From NCBI GenBank assembly GCA_041690135.1, contig JAWLHY010000001.1, forward strand, positions 704,001-768,000: 64,000 bases of DNA. The letters run 5' to 3'. Within the stretch, counting starts at the first letter, position 1. Each line of letters opens with the position of its first letter. Made by a program: the position numbers and the translations under genes. The notes below the pieces were generated by a model. That model had not been told where the DNA came from, did no database searches, and was given only the letters and a program-made list of their open reading frames with translations. Source of the DNA: Armatimonadota bacterium (GTDB taxonomy: Bacteria; Armatimonadota; SYMT01). Positions 27,543-37,849 of the stretch are shown here, in pieces.

Positions 27543-27821
27543 GCCGGCTTTTTTCACCACGGAGCCACAGAGGGCACACGGAGAAGGGGAACAGAGAAGT
27601 AAAGGCAAGTCGCGTTGCAGGACCGGAATGCGCTCTCCACAGGCCGCGGCATCATTTGCGAAATTCGTTGGGCCATGCAAGCAATCGTATCGCTGTTCGC
27701 TGACCATCATTGCGGGGTCGGCGAGGGGCAATCGGTTGGTTTCACAGGTATACTGTCCTGGGCTTGTGGGTGTCTCTCGTCTGACCCAGCGGCTACTGAC
27801 TGCTTGATAGAGGATGTGTGA

Positions 27822-28334
27822 ATGAAGACTTTTGCTCGATGGCTGATTACCGGCGTCGCGGTGCTGATCGCGACGGGGGCGAGCGCCGCCGAAGACGGTA
27901 AGAAGAAGCGGGGCCAGCTTCAGGCAAACCGCGCCGGCTGGATGCTGGGAATGTACGTGGGAGAGGAGCGTGGCCAGCCCTACCCCTTCGTGCTGGAAGT
28001 CGCTCCCAACAGCGAGGCCAAGATCAAGGGCATCCGGGCCGGCGACGAGTTGATCCGGCTCAACGATCAGGAAACCAGCCCGCTGAAAGAAGCCTTCGAG
28101 CGCGCGAACAAGCTGCGCCCCGGACGCTACGTGGACGTGTGGGTCCGCCGCGGGGTCCAGACCATCAAGGTGGAGCTGCGAGTTCCCAAAACGGCGAATG
28201 CCGCCGAGGATAGCGCGAACGCCAAGGAAAAGGACGAGAAGGACGGGGAAGACGCCGGCGACGAGAAGAAAAAGAAGAAGAAAAAGAAGCGCGGCCCCGT
28301 CGTGATCAAGCCGATCCCCGCTGAAGGCAACTGA
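27822..28334 (+). CDS. Exported PDZ-domain protein
   Basis: Signal peptide; VLEVAPNSEA..KGIRAGDELIRLN. Confidence 0.8.
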   Translation: MKTFARWLITGVAVLIATGASAAEDGKKKRGQLQANRAGWMLGMYVGEERGQPYPFVLEVAPNSEAKIKGIRAGDELIRLNDQETSPLKEAFERANKLRPGRYVDVWVRRGVQTIKVELRVPKTANAAEDSANAKEKDEKDGEDAGDEKKKKKKKKRGPVVIKPIPAEGN

Positions 28335-28647
28335 TCGCGGTCGCTCCGGCGCGGACCCCTGCTGCTTCCGTTGACCTGGAAGGGGCATTGCGGAGTCCGG
28401 CCGTGAAGATGTGCCTGTGACGACAGCGTTCCCCGTCCTTATTACCAGTTAGTCCCCTCTCCCGCGGCAGCAGTAGAGGGGACTAACTGTCCTAGGGGTA
28501 GAACCGCGACCGGTGGTAGACGCCGTTCCCCCGCGTGCCGTCCTCAAATCCGCCATGACCGGTGACGGAGGATGGATCTGATACTCGGGAAGAACAGACG
28601 ACCCGGTGGTCCCGATCCCCACCCCTGACCCATAGCAAGAGTGAATC

Positions 28648-30087
28648 ATGCCAGTTGCGCGCCGCTCTCCCGCAGGTTTTCTCTCCCTCGGTCTCGTGCT
28701 TGCCGCCTCCGGATTGCTCTGCCGGGCCGGCTTTACGCAAGGGAAGGCGGCCGAGCGCCCGCCGAACGTGGTCCTCATCTTCGCGGATGACCTGGGCTAC
28801 GCGGACGTAGGGTGTTTCGGCGCCCAGGGATATAAAACGCCCCACCTGGACCGGCTGGCGAAGCAGGGAATGAAGTTCACCGACTTCTATGTGAGCCAGG
28901 CGGTCTGCTCCGCTTCGCGCGCCGCGCTCCTCACGGGCTGCTACTCCAACCGGGTCGGGATCCTGGGCGCACTTGGGCCCGGCGCGAAGACCGGCCTCAA
29001 TCCCGCCGAGACCACCCTCGCGGAGATGCTGCGGGACCGGGGGTATGCCACCGCCATGTTCGGGAAGTGGCACCTGGGCGACCACGAGAGTCTCCTGCCG
29101 CGGAAGCACGGCTTCGACGAGTACTTCGGCATCCCCTACTCCAACGACATGTGGCCGAACCACCCGACGAACAAGCGGTACCCGCCGCTTCCGCTGATCG
29201 AGAACGAGACGGTGCTCGAGCACAACCCGGACCAGACCCAGCTCACCACCGCAATCACAGAGCGCTCCGTCAAGTTCATCAACCGCAATCGCGAGCGGCC
29301 GTTCTTCCTCTACGTCCCCCACCCCATGCCGCATGTGCCGCTCTTCGTCTCCAAGAAGCACGCGGGCAAGACCAAGCGCGGGCTGTTCGGCGACGTGATC
29401 GAGGAGATCGACTGGTCCGTCGGCCAGATCACGGAGGCGCTCGAGAAGAACGGTCTCACGCGCAACACGCTGGTGATCTTCACCTCGGACAACGGACCGT
29501 GGCTCTCCTATGGTGACCATGCCGGTTCCGCGGGTCCCCTTCGGGAAGGCAAGGGCACCTCGTTTGAAGGCGGCGTGCGGGTCCCGGCCATCTTCCGTTG
29601 GCCCGGGCGGATCAAGCCCGGAACCGTCAGCCGGGAGCCGGCCATGACGATCGACGTGCTGCCCACCGTGGCCGGATTTACCGGGGCGTCCCTACCGAAG
29701 GACCGAACGATCGACGGGAAGGACCTGCGTCCCCTGCTCTCCCAGGAGAAGGGCGCGCGGAGCCCGCACGAAGCGCTTTACATCTACTGGGGCGGCCATC
29801 TGGATGCCGTGCGGAGCGGGAAGTGGAAGCTCCACCTTCCCCACGAATACCGCAGCCTGAAGGGCCAGCCCGGCTCCGGCGGACTGCCGGGTCCCTACGT
29901 TCAGAAGAAGATCGAACTCTCCCTGTTCGACCTGGAAGTCGACCCGGGAGAAACCAAAGATGTTGCCGCGGAGCATCCGGGCGTCGTCCAGCACATGCAG
30001 CAACTCGTCGAGCGCGCCCGCCAGGACCTGGGCGACACCGGCACCGCCCGCAAAGGCGCCGGCGTCCGTCCCCCCGCCCGTCTCTGA
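28648..30087 (+). CDS. Arylsulfatase (Cys-type sulfatase)
   Basis: PNVVLIFADDLGY, CSASRAALLTG, GKWHLG, FTSDNG. Confidence 0.95.
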   Translation: MPVARRSPAGFLSLGLVLAASGLLCRAGFTQGKAAERPPNVVLIFADDLGYADVGCFGAQGYKTPHLDRLAKQGMKFTDFYVSQAVCSASRAALLTGCYSNRVGILGALGPGAKTGLNPAETTLAEMLRDRGYATAMFGKWHLGDHESLLPRKHGFDEYFGIPYSNDMWPNHPTNKRYPPLPLIENETVLEHNPDQTQLTTAITERSVKFINRNRERPFFLYVPHPMPHVPLFVSKKHAGKTKRGLFGDVIEEIDWSVGQITEALEKNGLTRNTLVIFTSDNGPWLSYGDHAGSAGPLREGKGTSFEGGVRVPAIFRWPGRIKPGTVSREPAMTIDVLPTVAGFTGASLPKDRTIDGKDLRPLLSQEKGARSPHEALYIYWGGHLDAVRSGKWKLHLPHEYRSLKGQPGSGGLPGPYVQKKIELSLFDLEVDPGETKDVAAEHPGVVQHMQQLVERARQDLGDTGTARKGAGVRPPARL

Positions 30088-30317
30088 ACCACAAATCCCG
30101 GGTCATGTTGGGTTTGTCGCGCGTCCTATCGGTGGAAGAGGCTTCTGCGGAACCTCCTCCCGGCGAATATTCGTCAAAACGTTTGTTCGCCGGATCGCCG
30201 CCACCCTGGCAATCCCCGCTTCCCACTCCGCATGGAAAGCGGGGGTAGGGCATCCGCGACCGAGTCCGTACTCCGTACTCTGAACCGTAACTCAACCATC
30301 AGATAGGAAAGCAAAAA

Positions 30318-31232
30318 ATGAGCCGTATCTGTCGCCGTGGGACCTGGCTACCCCAGGTGGCGACGCTTCTGCTGTTCGCAACCGTTGCGCTCGTCGCACA
30401 GCCGGCGGAAAGCTCCCGAGACGCCACAAACCCCGGAGCCGTGAGCGCGCGTGCCTACCAGCCGCAGATCGGCGCGCCTGGGGCGCGGATCATCGTCGGT
30501 TGGAACCGGCCGAGCCGCGTGCCGAGCAGCTACGTCCGCGGATATGTCGTCTGGCGCAGTGACTTCTTCCAGCCGATCCAGCCGGTGGGCGGCGCGTTCG
30601 GCGATACGCTCCGCCAGTTCCTGGACACCGAGGCGACCCGGACCGTCACCATCTTCGACGGAACTCCGGGAGACGAGGCCGGAAGTCCCACTTCGGTCGG
30701 GCCGATTCCCGGTCTCCAGCCAGGTCAGCGCTACAGCTACCAGATCTCTGCCGCTTACGAAAACGGTCTTCAGGACCGGGACCGGGACGGGATGCCGGAC
30801 GTGGGCGATGAATACATGTCGCCGCTCTCCGTCAACACCCGGTATGTCACCGCGATCGCACCGCCCGTCCTGGCGTCGCTCAACGGCCGGCAGGCGGTCC
30901 ATGGCGTGCAGGTGGATCTTCAGGCGCTCACGATTGAGTGGCAGCAGACCCCGGGCGCGGACCGCTACGTGGTCTGGATCAGCCCCGATCCCACCTTCCG
31001 GCGCGGGAAGCTTGCGTTCAAAGTACCTCCCACGGTCCCGGTGGACCTGGGCGGTCCCGAAACGGTGGCGACCACGGTCAACGCCTTCCGTGGGAAGCTT
31101 CGCCGGTCGCAGCGGGTGTTCATTGCGGTAGGGGCGAGGAACTCCTATGATCCCAAGCCCAGGCCGTTCGGCGCCATCTTCAGCGCCCCGGTGCAGGCGG
31201 AAGTCGAGTTCACTCCTCCCCCGCCTCCCTAG
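30318..31232 (+). CDS. Secreted protein with FN3-like beta domains
   Basis: Signal peptide; W..P..GYVVWRS, GLQPGQRYSYQISA; DRDRDGMPD calcium-loop-like motif. Confidence 0.7.
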   Translation: MSRICRRGTWLPQVATLLLFATVALVAQPAESSRDATNPGAVSARAYQPQIGAPGARIIVGWNRPSRVPSSYVRGYVVWRSDFFQPIQPVGGAFGDTLRQFLDTEATRTVTIFDGTPGDEAGSPTSVGPIPGLQPGQRYSYQISAAYENGLQDRDRDGMPDVGDEYMSPLSVNTRYVTAIAPPVLASLNGRQAVHGVQVDLQALTIEWQQTPGADRYVVWISPDPTFRRGKLAFKVPPTVPVDLGGPETVATTVNAFRGKLRRSQRVFIAVGARNSYDPKPRPFGAIFSAPVQAEVEFTPPPPP

Positions 31233-31556
31233 GCTCCGTTCGTATGTGGGGAGTGGGATCTACCGATTCCTACTCCCCACCACCTGTGTCACTCGCGTCT
31301 TCCCCTTCCACCACTTGGAGATCCGGGGGACTCGGCATCACGATCCTCGGGAGCCAGAGCGTGCTTTTACGCGAGGCCGTGGCTGCGTACCCGGCGACCT
31401 TCCAGTCCGTGGGTACCCGACACATGCGCCGGAGCTACGAGCCGGTTCTCACCGAAAACTGAACTGCCCAGCCCTTTGATAAAGCTCGATACAGGTGGCC
31501 GGGATCTGCCACTTCCCGGCACAGGAAAACTGTGCCGCCCGGACCAATCTGGAACC

Positions 31557-33194
31557 ATGCTGGATCATCCGCTGGTCTTCATTCCGCTGATGGGCGTGGT
31601 GCTCTACGTCTCCGGGTTTCTCCACGAGGTCGGCCACGCTCTGGTGGGGCGGGTCTGCGGGTATACCCCCACCTCTCTGGGCATGGGGACGGGACACCCA
31701 TTCCTGGTGTTCGGCTGGAAGGGCATCCGGGTCTACCTGGCCCGGGCCCGGCCGCTGCAGGGGCTGGCGTTTCTGGTGCATCCCGCCATCATCCCCGACC
31801 GCAGGTCGGCCGCTCTCACGATGGGCGGCGGCATTTTCGCCAACGCCCTCCTGTGCGGACTCTTCCTCGCGCTGGCTGACCTGCTGCCGGTGGGGGAGAA
31901 TCTCTGGCGGGGTTCCGCCGCGCTGAACGGGCTCCTGGCCACGATCAACCTCGTGCCGATGGCGGTGCGGGTCGGCAGCACGATCCTGCGGTCGGATGGA
32001 GCGCAGATCCTGCTTTTTCTCCGGGACGGCCTGGTCGAGGTCTCGCCCCCGGCCCGGGTGCAGAACGTCGCCATGCTGCGTCCGCTCTGGACCGAGATCG
32101 GCGATCGTTTGGGGCTTTACGGCAACCTGACGGCCGCAGCGCTGGCCTGGTCGGAGCTGAACGATCATCCGAGGGCAGAGCAGTGCCTCCGGGACGCCGA
32201 GTCCCTGCCCATCGACCGCACCCCCTTCGTGGAGGCCTACTCGGCACTTATCAGGGCGGCTCTCGCTCGCCGGGCCTGGCGGCTGGAGGAGGCTCAGGAG
32301 GCTGCGGAACGGTCCCGTGCCGGGTTCGAGGCCCTCGGCCACCCGATGGGGAAGCTGCTGCTGGAACTCGCGCACGGTGAACTACTGCTGGCACAAGGCT
32401 ACGCGGCGGAAGCGGCCGCCCATCTGGACCGCCTGACCTGCGAGAAGGAGTTGGTGAGCCGGCCCGGCCTGGCGGCGACCCTCGCGACATCCCGCCTTTG
32501 CGCCCACCTGGAGGCCGGGCACGGTGCCCCGGAGGATCTCTATCGCCACTGGGAAGGGTTACGACGGCGCCAGCATTCGCCCATGCGCGAGTTGGCGGTT
32601 TACCGGTGCCTGGGTCGCGCGGCGATGCGAGACGGGAACCCGGCAGAGGCGGCGAACCATTACGGGTCCGCGCTGGCGGTGCTCCGCTCGCTCTACGAAG
32701 AACTGCTGGGCGTGGAAGGAGAGGAGCAGTTCGCCGGGAACCAGATCGAACTATTGCGCGAGGCCGAGACCGCGTACCTGGCGGCCGGCCGGGACCCGGC
32801 CGCCACGGGACCCCAGTCGTTGTTTCCGCCCGCCGAGATCCTGCGGGAACAGACGCTGCAGACCCTCCAGGCCCGCAACCAGCGACGCCACCGGATCGGC
32901 CTGGGCGTGAGTGTAGCGAACCTGTTCCTAGGCCCCGTTATCTTCGTGGTGACGGCCGTCATCTCGCTGTCGGAGCCCCGGTCCGGAGACGGGCAACCCG
33001 TACCCCCGGTCCTCTTCCTGGGAGTACTCCTCACCCTCTACGGCGCCTTCTCACTGCTGCGCGCGCTCTACCTCCAAATCGCGGTCCGCTGGGCTCCGAC
33101 GATCCGCACCCAGGGCGGCAACCAGACCCTCTTCCTGGCCTTTCTGCCGTGGATTACGTGGCTGGTAACGCTCCCCTGGATAGGGCGGCGTTGA
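31557..33194 (+). CDS. M50 site-2 metalloprotease fused to a TPR-like region and C-terminal TM helices
   Basis: HEVGH, GGIFAN, NLVP..SDG. Confidence 0.82.
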   Translation: MLDHPLVFIPLMGVVLYVSGFLHEVGHALVGRVCGYTPTSLGMGTGHPFLVFGWKGIRVYLARARPLQGLAFLVHPAIIPDRRSAALTMGGGIFANALLCGLFLALADLLPVGENLWRGSAALNGLLATINLVPMAVRVGSTILRSDGAQILLFLRDGLVEVSPPARVQNVAMLRPLWTEIGDRLGLYGNLTAAALAWSELNDHPRAEQCLRDAESLPIDRTPFVEAYSALIRAALARRAWRLEEAQEAAERSRAGFEALGHPMGKLLLELAHGELLLAQGYAAEAAAHLDRLTCEKELVSRPGLAATLATSRLCAHLEAGHGAPEDLYRHWEGLRRRQHSPMRELAVYRCLGRAAMRDGNPAEAANHYGSALAVLRSLYEELLGVEGEEQFAGNQIELLREAETAYLAAGRDPAATGPQSLFPPAEILREQTLQTLQARNQRRHRIGLGVSVANLFLGPVIFVVTAVISLSEPRSGDGQPVPPVLFLGVLLTLYGAFSLLRALYLQIAVRWAPTIRTQGGNQTLFLAFLPWITWLVTLPWIGRR

Positions 33195-33331
33195 CGGGTA
33201 CGGTTTGGCGGTTACCGGTTCTGGGTTGCAGGTTGGCAGGTTGGGGACCCCGTGGCGGCTGGGGCGGGTACGGTTTGGCGGTTACTGGATCTGGGTTGCA
33301 GGTTGGAAGGTTGGAAGGTTGGAAGGTTGGG
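33195..33331 (+). repeat. Direct repeat with a 70-bp period plus (GGAAGGTT)n
   Basis: CGGGTACGGTTTGGCGGTTAC.GG.TCTGGGTTGCAGGTTGG at 33195 and 33265. Confidence 0.75.
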
Positions 33332-33577
33332 GGCCGGTGTTATCGGTGACGGGTATGGCTTGCAAGAACAGGAACAAGCTTGGGAGGCCCGGATCCGCTT
33401 TGAGGCGTTAGCAGATTTGGGTTGCCCAGAGAGCCCTCACCCCCTACCCCACCCCCTCGGGGCGTAAACCTCTCCCACGCTGCGGGAGAGGGGAAGCGTC
33501 GGAGCCCAAGGCGCCTGCCCCTTTGCTTCCTTCTTGGCGGCTTTGCGGCTTGGCGCGAGACATTCTTTCCGCGTGCT

Positions 33578-35437
33578 TCAGAGCCCGGCGCGGTAGTTGC
33601 CCACCGCCTCGGAGGTGCGGAGGTAGCGGTTGTAGAGGCGAAGCAGCTCGACCTGTCCTTTGAGGTTGGGTCCGAGGCGGAGGGTGGGTGAGCCGTTCAC
33701 GTCCTGGAGCGTGGGGCTGAAGCGTCCCCAGCCGAACTGGCGGTGCTCGCCGCCGTCGTTTAGCACCCCATCGATCACGAAGGAAATGATCTTGGGGCCG
33801 CCGTCGACGATGGCGACCACGTGATGCCGCTTGCCGGCTTGAAGCTGGCCGGGGTCGCTGGTCCAGGTCGCTTCCTGGCGCCCGTCGCAGAGAGTCAGCT
33901 TCAAGGCGCCGTGGGGGGCCGTGGTCAGGGCGATGCCCCGTCCGGTCGCATCCCGGCTGTCCAGGACCGTTTGCCCGGCCGCCACGTCGTCCAGCCGCAG
34001 CCAGAGATCGAGGGTAAAGCCGGCGCGGGTGTCCTTGCTGCCGTGATCCGGGCGGCTGTTGTCCCGCTGGATGAATGCGGGGAGGCGCGGTAACTTCGCT
34101 TCCTTCTGGCCGCGGACCTCGAGGACCTTTCCAGCGGCGGCCACGGAGCGGTTCTGGAACTGGTGAAAGAGCCCGTTGAGCAGGGAGCCGTCGATCTCAT
34201 GCAGGCGGCCCACGTGCTTCTGCGTCTCGGTGATGTAATACTTCCCGTCCTCTTCCACCAGGTCGGGATAGCTCATCCGAACGATCGGGTCGTCGTCGTA
34301 GAGCAGGATCTCCGGCTGCGACCAGTGGATCACTTTGCCGGCCGGCGAGTCCCGCTCTTCCCCGGCGCTGACCCAAACGGGGTTGCGATCGCGGTAAGGG
34401 TCCCAGTCCGGGGCCCGGAGCGCCACCGCGCCGCCGTGATTGTGGAACCAGTAGAGATACTTGCCGTTGCCGCAGCGCCACACGAAGTTGGCGGCGCGAG
34501 GATGCTTGAACACCCGTCCGCCGGGGGTGTACTGCTTGTACTGCGGCTTCGTCCAGGTTCGTCCCCCATCGCGGCTGTAGGCGGACACGGGGTAGCCGTC
34601 AATGCTCCGGTAGACGCAGTACAGCGAGCCGTCGCTGATTTCCGTAAGGCTCTGCTCCTCGGCGACCCGTCCGCCCCCCTCGGGGGTTCGCAGGCCCACG
34701 TCCCCTTCGGGCAGCGTCTCCCAGGTGATCTTTTCCGGGTCCCGCTCGGTCAAGAGGTTCGGGCTGCGCAGGAAGGCCCCCTCGGACTGGGCGAAGAACC
34801 CCTTCCCCATCGCGGCCACCTTGTGGTGTGGAATGATCGCCGCGCCCCGGTGGACGAGCGGACGCCCCACGTTCCAGAAGAACCGGAGATTACCTCCGTA
34901 GACGTTCTTCCGATCCCACTCGAAGGCGCGGATCGGGATCTCATACCGTTTCGCCGACCAGGAGCGGCCCCCATCATCCGAGTACTTGAAGACGTAATGG
35001 CCCAGGGAGTCGACGCGGGTGTAGACGCCGCCGTCTTCCCGCTTCACCTCGCGGACGTTGTCGGTGTTGTGGTTGTAGAAGCAGTAGATCCGCCCACCCG
35101 GCACCTTCAGCAGCACCGCGTAGGAGGCCTCGGGACCGGTCCCCGGCTCCACGTCCACCACGTCCGTCCAGGTGCGCCCGCGGTCCCGGCTCCGCATGGC
35201 GATCACGTGCTGGCTGGAGGCGCCTTCCTGCCCTTTGGCCGTCGTCATCACGCAGAGCCAGGCGCCGTCATCGGTCTTCACGATGTACGGCTGGTCGCAG
35301 TAGCTCTCGCCGGGAATCTCGAAGCCGTTGGAGATGTGGCGGGGATCGGCAACTTTCACTTTAGGAAGCTCGGCGGCGGATACCGCGGCCACGGTGAGGG
35401 TGGCGACCAGGGCGGGGATGACGGTACTTGGGTGCAT
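33578..35437 (-). CDS. BNR/sialidase-fold protein with C-terminal LamG domain
   Basis: Asp boxes SRDRGRTW, SDDGGRSW, SRDGGRTW; HHVVAIVDG...IDG. Confidence 0.88.
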   Translation of the reverse strand: MHPSTVIPALVATLTVAAVSAAELPKVKVADPRHISNGFEIPGESYCDQPYIVKTDDGAWLCVMTTAKGQEGASSQHVIAMRSRDRGRTWTDVVDVEPGTGPEASYAVLLKVPGGRIYCFYNHNTDNVREVKREDGGVYTRVDSLGHYVFKYSDDGGRSWSAKRYEIPIRAFEWDRKNVYGGNLRFFWNVGRPLVHRGAAIIPHHKVAAMGKGFFAQSEGAFLRSPNLLTERDPEKITWETLPEGDVGLRTPEGGGRVAEEQSLTEISDGSLYCVYRSIDGYPVSAYSRDGGRTWTKPQYKQYTPGGRVFKHPRAANFVWRCGNGKYLYWFHNHGGAVALRAPDWDPYRDRNPVWVSAGEERDSPAGKVIHWSQPEILLYDDDPIVRMSYPDLVEEDGKYYITETQKHVGRLHEIDGSLLNGLFHQFQNRSVAAAGKVLEVRGQKEAKLPRLPAFIQRDNSRPDHGSKDTRAGFTLDLWLRLDDVAAGQTVLDSRDATGRGIALTTAPHGALKLTLCDGRQEATWTSDPGQLQAGKRHHVVAIVDGGPKIISFVIDGVLNDGGEHRQFGWGRFSPTLQDVNGSPTLRLGPNLKGQVELLRLYNRYLRTSEAVGNYRAGL

Positions 35438-35449
35438 AGTAGTTAATGA

Positions 35450-37030
35450 TCAGGCGGGTTTCGCACCCGGACGGCCCTGCTCGAGCACGAAGGAGGCGCG
35501 GGTGACGAGGGGGGCGCCAGGTTTGTCGACGTACTCCACCACCTGGTAGTCGGTGCGCCAGGCGTCGGGGGTGAGGGTACAGCTCACGTAGCCGCGCTCG
35601 GCGTTGTGGAAGCGGACGAACGGGTTCTCCGCCAGCAGATTGTCCAGGTTCTTCGGCGTGCGCGTGCCGTTGCCGCCGGAGGAGATCGAGGTGCCGACGA
35701 ACTCCGTGGCCACGGTGGGGTCTTCGCTGCGGTCGAAGTCGACCTTCAGGTCGTTGACCCAGTTGGTGTGGATATCGCCGGTCAGCACCACGGGGTTGGG
35801 AACGCGGCGCTGGGCGAGGAAGCGGAGCAGGCGTTTCCGAGCGACCTCGTAGCCGGACCACCCATCCATGGCATAGAGCGCCTCTTCGCCGGGGATGCGG
35901 TCCGCGCGGGCCATCATCACCTGCTGGCCCAGGACGTTCCAGGTGGAGGTGGATGCCAGGAGGTTCGCCATCAGCCAGCTCTCCTGGCGGTGACCCAGCA
36001 GAGTACCCTTGGGGCTGAGGACCTCGCCCGTGAGCGGCTTGCGGCCGTCGCCGTTCGGCTGGTCGGTCCGGTACTGGCGCGTGTCGAGCATGGAGAACTC
36101 GGCCAGGCGTCCGTAGTTGACCCGCCGGTACAGCTTCATGTCCGGCCCCTGCGGGAGGGAGGTCCGGCGCAGCGGCATGTGCTCGTAGAAGGCCTGGTAG
36201 GCATCCGCCCGGCGCAAGAGCAGCTCTTCCGGAGAGACATCTTTCTGCTCCGAGATGTCTCCGGCGTAGTTGTTGTCGACCTCGTGATCGTCCCACACCA
36301 CCACCCAGGGGCAGAGCGCGTGCGCGGCCCGGAGGTGGGGATCGCAGCGGTAGAGCGCGTAGCGGGTGCGGTAGTGCTCCAGCGTGGTGGTTTCCGGCCC
36401 CACGTGTTGACGCACCCCATTGCGGCGCTGGGGTCCCTCATAGATGTAGTCGCCCAGGAACAGGATGAGGTCGAGCGGCTCGCGCGCCATGTGCTCGTAC
36501 GCGGTGTAGAGGCCCGCCTCGAAATGCTGGCAGGAAGCGAAGGCGAAGCGCATCTGCTCCGGCAACGCCTCCGGAAGCGGCGTGGTGCGGGTGCGGCCGA
36601 TGGGGCTGCGCGCGTCTCCCGCGGTGAACCGGTACCAATACCAGCGGTTCGGCCGGAGGCCCTCAACCTCCACGTGCACGGAATGGCCGAGTTGCGGCGT
36701 GGCTAGGGTGGTCCCCTTCTTCACTACGCGACGCATGTTCTCGTCGGAGGCGATTTCCCAGGTCACTTCCACCGTTTCCGGCGCCATCCCGCCCGCCTCT
36801 TCCAGGGGCGCCGGCGCCAGGCGCGTCCAGAGCACCATGCCGTCCGGCCCCGGATCTCCGGAAGTCACTCCCAACTGGAAGGGATCGGCCGCGAACCGGG
36901 GCTTCCGCTGGATCGCCCCCTGGGCGAGAGTGCCCATCCAGGGCGTAACAGCCAGGCAGGCGCCGGACAGGATGAACTGGCGACGGTTCGTGGTGAGCTC
37001 GGATGCAAGGGACAACAACCTTCGGGACAT
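35450..37030 (-). CDS. phoD: Alkaline phosphatase D with Tat signal
   Basis: RRQF, FQLGVTSGDP, LGDYIYE, WDDHEVDNNY, TGDIH. Confidence 0.95.
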   Translation of the reverse strand: MSRRLLSLASELTTNRRQFILSGACLAVTPWMGTLAQGAIQRKPRFAADPFQLGVTSGDPGPDGMVLWTRLAPAPLEEAGGMAPETVEVTWEIASDENMRRVVKKGTTLATPQLGHSVHVEVEGLRPNRWYWYRFTAGDARSPIGRTRTTPLPEALPEQMRFAFASCQHFEAGLYTAYEHMAREPLDLILFLGDYIYEGPQRRNGVRQHVGPETTTLEHYRTRYALYRCDPHLRAAHALCPWVVVWDDHEVDNNYAGDISEQKDVSPEELLLRRADAYQAFYEHMPLRRTSLPQGPDMKLYRRVNYGRLAEFSMLDTRQYRTDQPNGDGRKPLTGEVLSPKGTLLGHRQESWLMANLLASTSTWNVLGQQVMMARADRIPGEEALYAMDGWSGYEVARKRLLRFLAQRRVPNPVVLTGDIHTNWVNDLKVDFDRSEDPTVATEFVGTSISSGGNGTRTPKNLDNLLAENPFVRFHNAERGYVSCTLTPDAWRTDYQVVEYVDKPGAPLVTRASFVLEQGRPGAKPA

Positions 37031-37235
37031 CGAATACAACCTCCAGGCTCGCCGTTCGTCCGCGCCGGGCGCAACTCCTGCCGTTAAGAGGAGTTTAAGC
37101 GGCTCCGTGCCGGATGCGGACGGTTTCCGCGGGAAACGGTAGGAAAGTCCAAAGATGGGGTGACACAGGGCCCCTTCCTTGAGTAGTTAGACATGAGTGT
37201 CAATCCCGGCCCGTCCGGGCTGAAAGAGGTCCACC

Positions 37236-37706
37236 ATGATTCGCTCTGCCAAAATCCTTCTGTCCCTCGGTGCCGCCGTGCTGATCGCCGGCGCCGGTTT
37301 CGCCGCTCCCGAAAAGGCCGCCGACGGCAAGGTCTGCCAGGCCGGCGTCGGGAAGCCCTACGTGATGCCGCTGTTCGCCAACGGCAAGCTGGTCAGCTCC
37401 TGCGAAGTGGGGAACGGCATGTTCTTCAAGCGCGCGTGCGAGATGCCCGGCAAGTCTCTGGCCAGCGCGAAGGCCGCCTGCGCCGGCTCCACCTGCGATG
37501 CTTCCGCCAAGACAGCGGGGAGCGCCTGTGCCACGAAGGCCGCCGGCAGCGCCTGCGCCACGAAGACGGCCGCCAGCGGCTGCGGCGAGAAGGCCCTCGG
37601 CAAGATGGCCTGCGAAGTGGGCAACAAGCACTTCTTCTCGGCGGCCAACTGCTGCTCCAGCGAAGTGAAGGTCGCCAAGGCCGCCTGCTGCGCTTCCAAG
37701 AAGTAG
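37236..37706 (+). CDS. Secreted Cys/Ala/Lys-rich small protein
   Basis: GAGG RBS, signal peptide, 13 Cys, internal repeats. Confidence 0.75.
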   Translation: MIRSAKILLSLGAAVLIAGAGFAAPEKAADGKVCQAGVGKPYVMPLFANGKLVSSCEVGNGMFFKRACEMPGKSLASAKAACAGSTCDASAKTAGSACATKAAGSACATKTAASGCGEKALGKMACEVGNKHFFSAANCCSSEVKVAKAACCASKK

Positions 37707-37744
37707 CCACCGGGCCGCTTCCTCCTTGAAGCAATGGAAAACTC

Positions 37745-37776
37745 GCCCCGACGCCACCCGGCGCCGGGGCTTTTTG
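37745..37776 (+). terminator. Intrinsic terminator
   Basis: GCCCCGACGCC...GGCGCCGGGGC followed by TTTTTGT. Confidence 0.7.
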
Positions 37777-37849
37777 TGGCTCTGATCTCCGATCTACGCC
37801 GTGGTATCCTTCCTTATCCTTATCCTTATCTTCATCGTCATCCAGCCCT

